In this document: in pieces, positions 29,582 to 32,000 of the stretch
Numbering within the stretch: the first letter of the stretch is position 1
How the letters are laid out: each line of letters opens with the position of its first letter
Assembly (NCBI RefSeq): GCF_902713755.1
Contig: NZ_LR744089.1
DNA: 32,000 nucleotides
Direction: 5' to 3' (one strand)
Source of the DNA: Candidatus Saccharimonadota bacterium
GTDB lineage: Bacteria > Pseudomonadota > Gammaproteobacteria > Johnevansiales > Johnevansiaceae
The notes under the pieces: model-generated
Databases searched by the model: none
Told to the model about the DNA's origin: nothing
Seen by the model: the letters and a program-made list of their open reading frames with translations, nothing else
Position numbers and translations under genes: made by a program

Positions 29582-30667
29582 ATGAAATATGCTTCATATT
29601 ATGAAAGTTATTATAAAACTTTAAAAAAATTTGATAATATTAAGTGTTATAAGCAATTACCAAGTATATTAGAAATACGTAAAGCTATTCCTTTAAATAC
29701 TGTACTAAGGAATATTATTAAGTTACAAAGAAAAGCAATTAAAAATATAATTAATGGTAATGATAAAAGATTATTAGTTATAGTAGGTCCTTGTTCAATA
29801 CATGATACCAATTCTGCATTAGAATATGCTAATAAATTAAAAAAATTATCTAATGAATTAGAAGATCAATTATTAATTGTAATGCGTACATATATAGAAA
29901 AACCTAGAACTAATATTGGATGGAAAGGATTATTATATGATCCATCGTTAGATGATAGTAATGATCTTAATTTTGGAATTTATATTTCTAGAAAAATTAT
30001 GTATGATATAATTGTTCTAGGTTTACCTATTTCTAATGAAATATTAAACCCTATTACATCAGAATTTTTTGAAGATCTTATTAGTTGGGCGGCTATAGGA
30101 GCTAGAACAACAGAATCTCAAATTCATAGAGAAGTGGTTAGTGGTTTATCGTTTCCAATAGGTTTTAAAAATGGAACTGATGGAAACATCGATATAGCTA
30201 TCGATGCAATTAAAACAGCAGAAAATAAACATTATCATATTGGTATAGATCAAAAAGGACTAATTTCTATTATAAAAACAAAAGGTAATATAAATACACA
30301 CTTAATACTTAGGGGTGGAAACAATGGACCTAATTATTATAAAAATAATATAAATTTATATTGCCAAGCAATGACACGTAAAGGTATTAAAGCTAAAATT
30401 ATGGTAGATTGTAGTCATTCTAATAGTGGTAAAAAACCTGAAAATCAACCATTGGTATTAGATAATATATTAGAACAACGAATATCTGGTAATAAATCGT
30501 TAATAGGAGTAATGGTAGAAAGTAATATAAATAGTGGTTCACAAAATTTAAGCAAAAATCTTAAATATGGAGTATCAATAACTGATGGATGTTTAAGTTG
30601 GATAGAAACAGAAAAATTACTTCGTAAAACTGCAATAAAAATGCGCCAAAATATAACAAAATTATAA
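29582..30667 (+). CDS. aroG: 3-deoxy-7-phosphoheptulonate (DAHP) synthase, class I (AroF/G/H family)
   Basis: 361 aa, colinear with E. coli AroG (GPCSIHD, KPRT..GWKG, GARTTESQ.HRE, GFKNGTDG). The F/G/H isozyme cannot be resolved by eye, so the symbol is nominal. AAGGA lies upstream. Confidence 0.9.
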   Translation: MKYASYYESYYKTLKKFDNIKCYKQLPSILEIRKAIPLNTVLRNIIKLQRKAIKNIINGNDKRLLVIVGPCSIHDTNSALEYANKLKKLSNELEDQLLIVMRTYIEKPRTNIGWKGLLYDPSLDDSNDLNFGIYISRKIMYDIIVLGLPISNEILNPITSEFFEDLISWAAIGARTTESQIHREVVSGLSFPIGFKNGTDGNIDIAIDAIKTAENKHYHIGIDQKGLISIIKTKGNINTHLILRGGNNGPNYYKNNINLYCQAMTRKGIKAKIMVDCSHSNSGKKPENQPLVLDNILEQRISGNKSLIGVMVESNINSGSQNLSKNLKYGVSITDGCLSWIETEKLLRKTAIKMRQNITKL

Positions 30668-30685
30668 AAAGGTTATTTTTTTTAA

Positions 30686-32000
30686 ATGATAAAAACACAT
30701 ATTTTAGGATATCCACGTATAGGAACTAATAGAGAATTAAAAAAAGCATTAGAGTCATATTGGAAAAAAGATATTAATTTAAAAACATTAGAAAAAATTG
30801 GAAAAAAAATTAGAGTAAAAAATTGGATTACACAATATAAAGCAGGATTATCTTATGCAACTGTAGGAGATTTTTCTTATTATGATCATATTTTAAATAT
30901 AACTGCAATGATAGGATCAATACCTAAAAGATTTAATCATATTGAAAACAGTATTGTTGATATAAATACATATTTTAATATGGCTAGAGGATGTACAATA
31001 AAAGGAAAACCTATTTCAGCATGTGAAATGACAAAATTTTTTGATACAAATTATCATTATATTGTACCTGAATTAGAAATAAATAATAAGTTTTATTTAT
31101 CAAATAATAATATTTTTAATGAAGTTAAAGAATGTCAAACTTTAGGTTTAAAACCTAAAGTAGTATTAATTGGTCCTATAACTTATTTATGGTTAGCAAA
31201 ATCATCTATTAATAAAATTAATTTTTTACCATCCTTAATTAATGTATATTCTAAAATTTTAAAAAAATTAGAAAAACAAAATGTTGAATGGGTGCAATTA
31301 GATGAACCTGTTTTAGTATTAGAACTTCCAAAAATATGGAAGGATTCCTTTGAAATAGCTTATAAAAAATTATCCAAAAAAATAAAAAAATTAAAAATAA
31401 TGATAGCTACTTATTTTGGAGGAATAGGTAATAATATAGATATGGTATTATCGTTACCTATACACAGTATACATATTGATACAATTAGAGCACCTAAAGA
31501 AGTAGATTTAATTATAAAAAAATTTCCTAGTGATAAAATTTTATCTATTGGAATAATAAATGGTAGAAATATTTGGAAAGCAAATTTAAAAAATATTTTA
31601 AAAAAATTAAAAAACATTAATAATATTCTTATTAATAGAATGTGGATCTCATCAAGTTGTTCTTTATTACATATACCTATATCTTTAAGTAAAGAAAAAA
31701 ATATAAATAATAAAATTTTAAATTGGTTATCATTTGCAAGACAAAAATTAGATGAAATAGTGATATTATCTAAATGTATAAATAGTGAAAATGATAACAA
31801 ATATATAAAGGATAATACTAAAGCAATAGAATCAAGAAAATTTTGTGATATTGTAAATTCTAATTTAGTAAAAGAACGTATAAAACAAATAAAAAATAAT
31901 TATTTACATCGTAATCATTCATACTTAACACGTAAAAATTTACAAAATAACAAACTTAAACTACCTTTATTACCAACAACTACTATAGGGTCATTTCCTC
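30686..32000 (+). CDS. metE: Cobalamin-independent methionine synthase (5' part, truncated by the window end)
   Basis: This ORF is not in the supplied track because no stop falls within the window. I translated it by hand from ATG 30686 and it stays open to the end. MIKTHILGYPRIGTNRELKKALESYW matches E. coli [27 protein letters not shown], with EMTKFFDTNYHYIVPE and, at the end, LPTTTIGSFP. Confidence 0.93.
   Translation, partial: MIKTHILGYPRIGTNRELKKALESYWKKDINLKTLEKIGKKIRVKNWITQYKAGLSYATVGDFSYYDHILNITAMIGSIPKRFNHIENSIVDINTYFNMARGCTIKGKPISACEMTKFFDTNYHYIVPELEINNKFYLSNNNIFNEVKECQTLGLKPKVVLIGPITYLWLAKSSINKINFLPSLINVYSKILKKLEKQNVEWVQLDEPVLVLELPKIWKDSFEIAYKKLSKKIKKLKIMIATYFGGIGNNIDMVLSLPIHSIHIDTIRAPKEVDLIIKKFPSDKILSIGIINGRNIWKANLKNILKKLKNINNILINRMWISSSCSLLHIPISLSKEKNINNKILNWLSFARQKLDEIVILSKCINSENDNKYIKDNTKAIESRKFCDIVNSNLVKERIKQIKNNYLHRNHSYLTRKNLQNNKLKLPLLPTTTIGSFP

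Overview
This window is a very AT-rich, tightly packed stretch of a reduced bacterial genome, the insect-endosymbiont type. G+C looks like roughly one fifth by eye; I did not compute it. I call 25 conserved housekeeping or biosynthetic protein genes, 3 tRNAs and one candidate small ORF that is missing from the supplied track. Only about 0.8 kb of the 32 kb lies outside these calls. Gene order is dnaK-dnaJ (+); pnp, rpsO, rbfA, infB, nusA, tRNA-fMet, tRNA-Leu, ftsH, greA, carB, carA, dapB, yggT (all -); tyrS, tRNA-Ala (+); dapE, dapD, map (-); rpsB, tsf, frr, dnaE, tilS, rho, a class I DAHP synthase and metE (all +, metE cut by the window end). Retention of carAB, dapBDE, the DAHP synthase and metE fits a nutritional symbiont. 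The standard genetic code fits: TGG encodes conserved Trp, and TGA ends ftsH and dapE where their homologs end. I see no mobile elements, CRISPR, phage, toxin-antitoxin or defence genes, and no unassigned coding space that could hold a novel multi-gene system. What deserves a second look is small-scale. (1) Nine perfect 9-bp tandem repeats begin inside the 3' end of the initiator tRNA and run to a terminator hairpin upstream of nusA. (2) An unlisted 57-codon hydrophobic ORF sits exactly where secG lies in free-living relatives. (3) A tRNA-Ala contains the stop codons of both convergent neighbours, tyrS and dapE. (4) dnaE ends just before the OB-fold and tau-binding C-terminus. (5) A roughly 14 kb block appears inverted relative to Pseudomonas-type order. 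(6) Gene-loss scars have collapsed to 0-10 nt. A TyrZ-type TyrRS, a long-form DapD and the synteny suggest a Pseudomonadales/Oceanospirillales-like gammaproteobacterial ancestry rather than an enterobacterial one. All homology statements are by-eye alignments to sequences I remember, not database searches.
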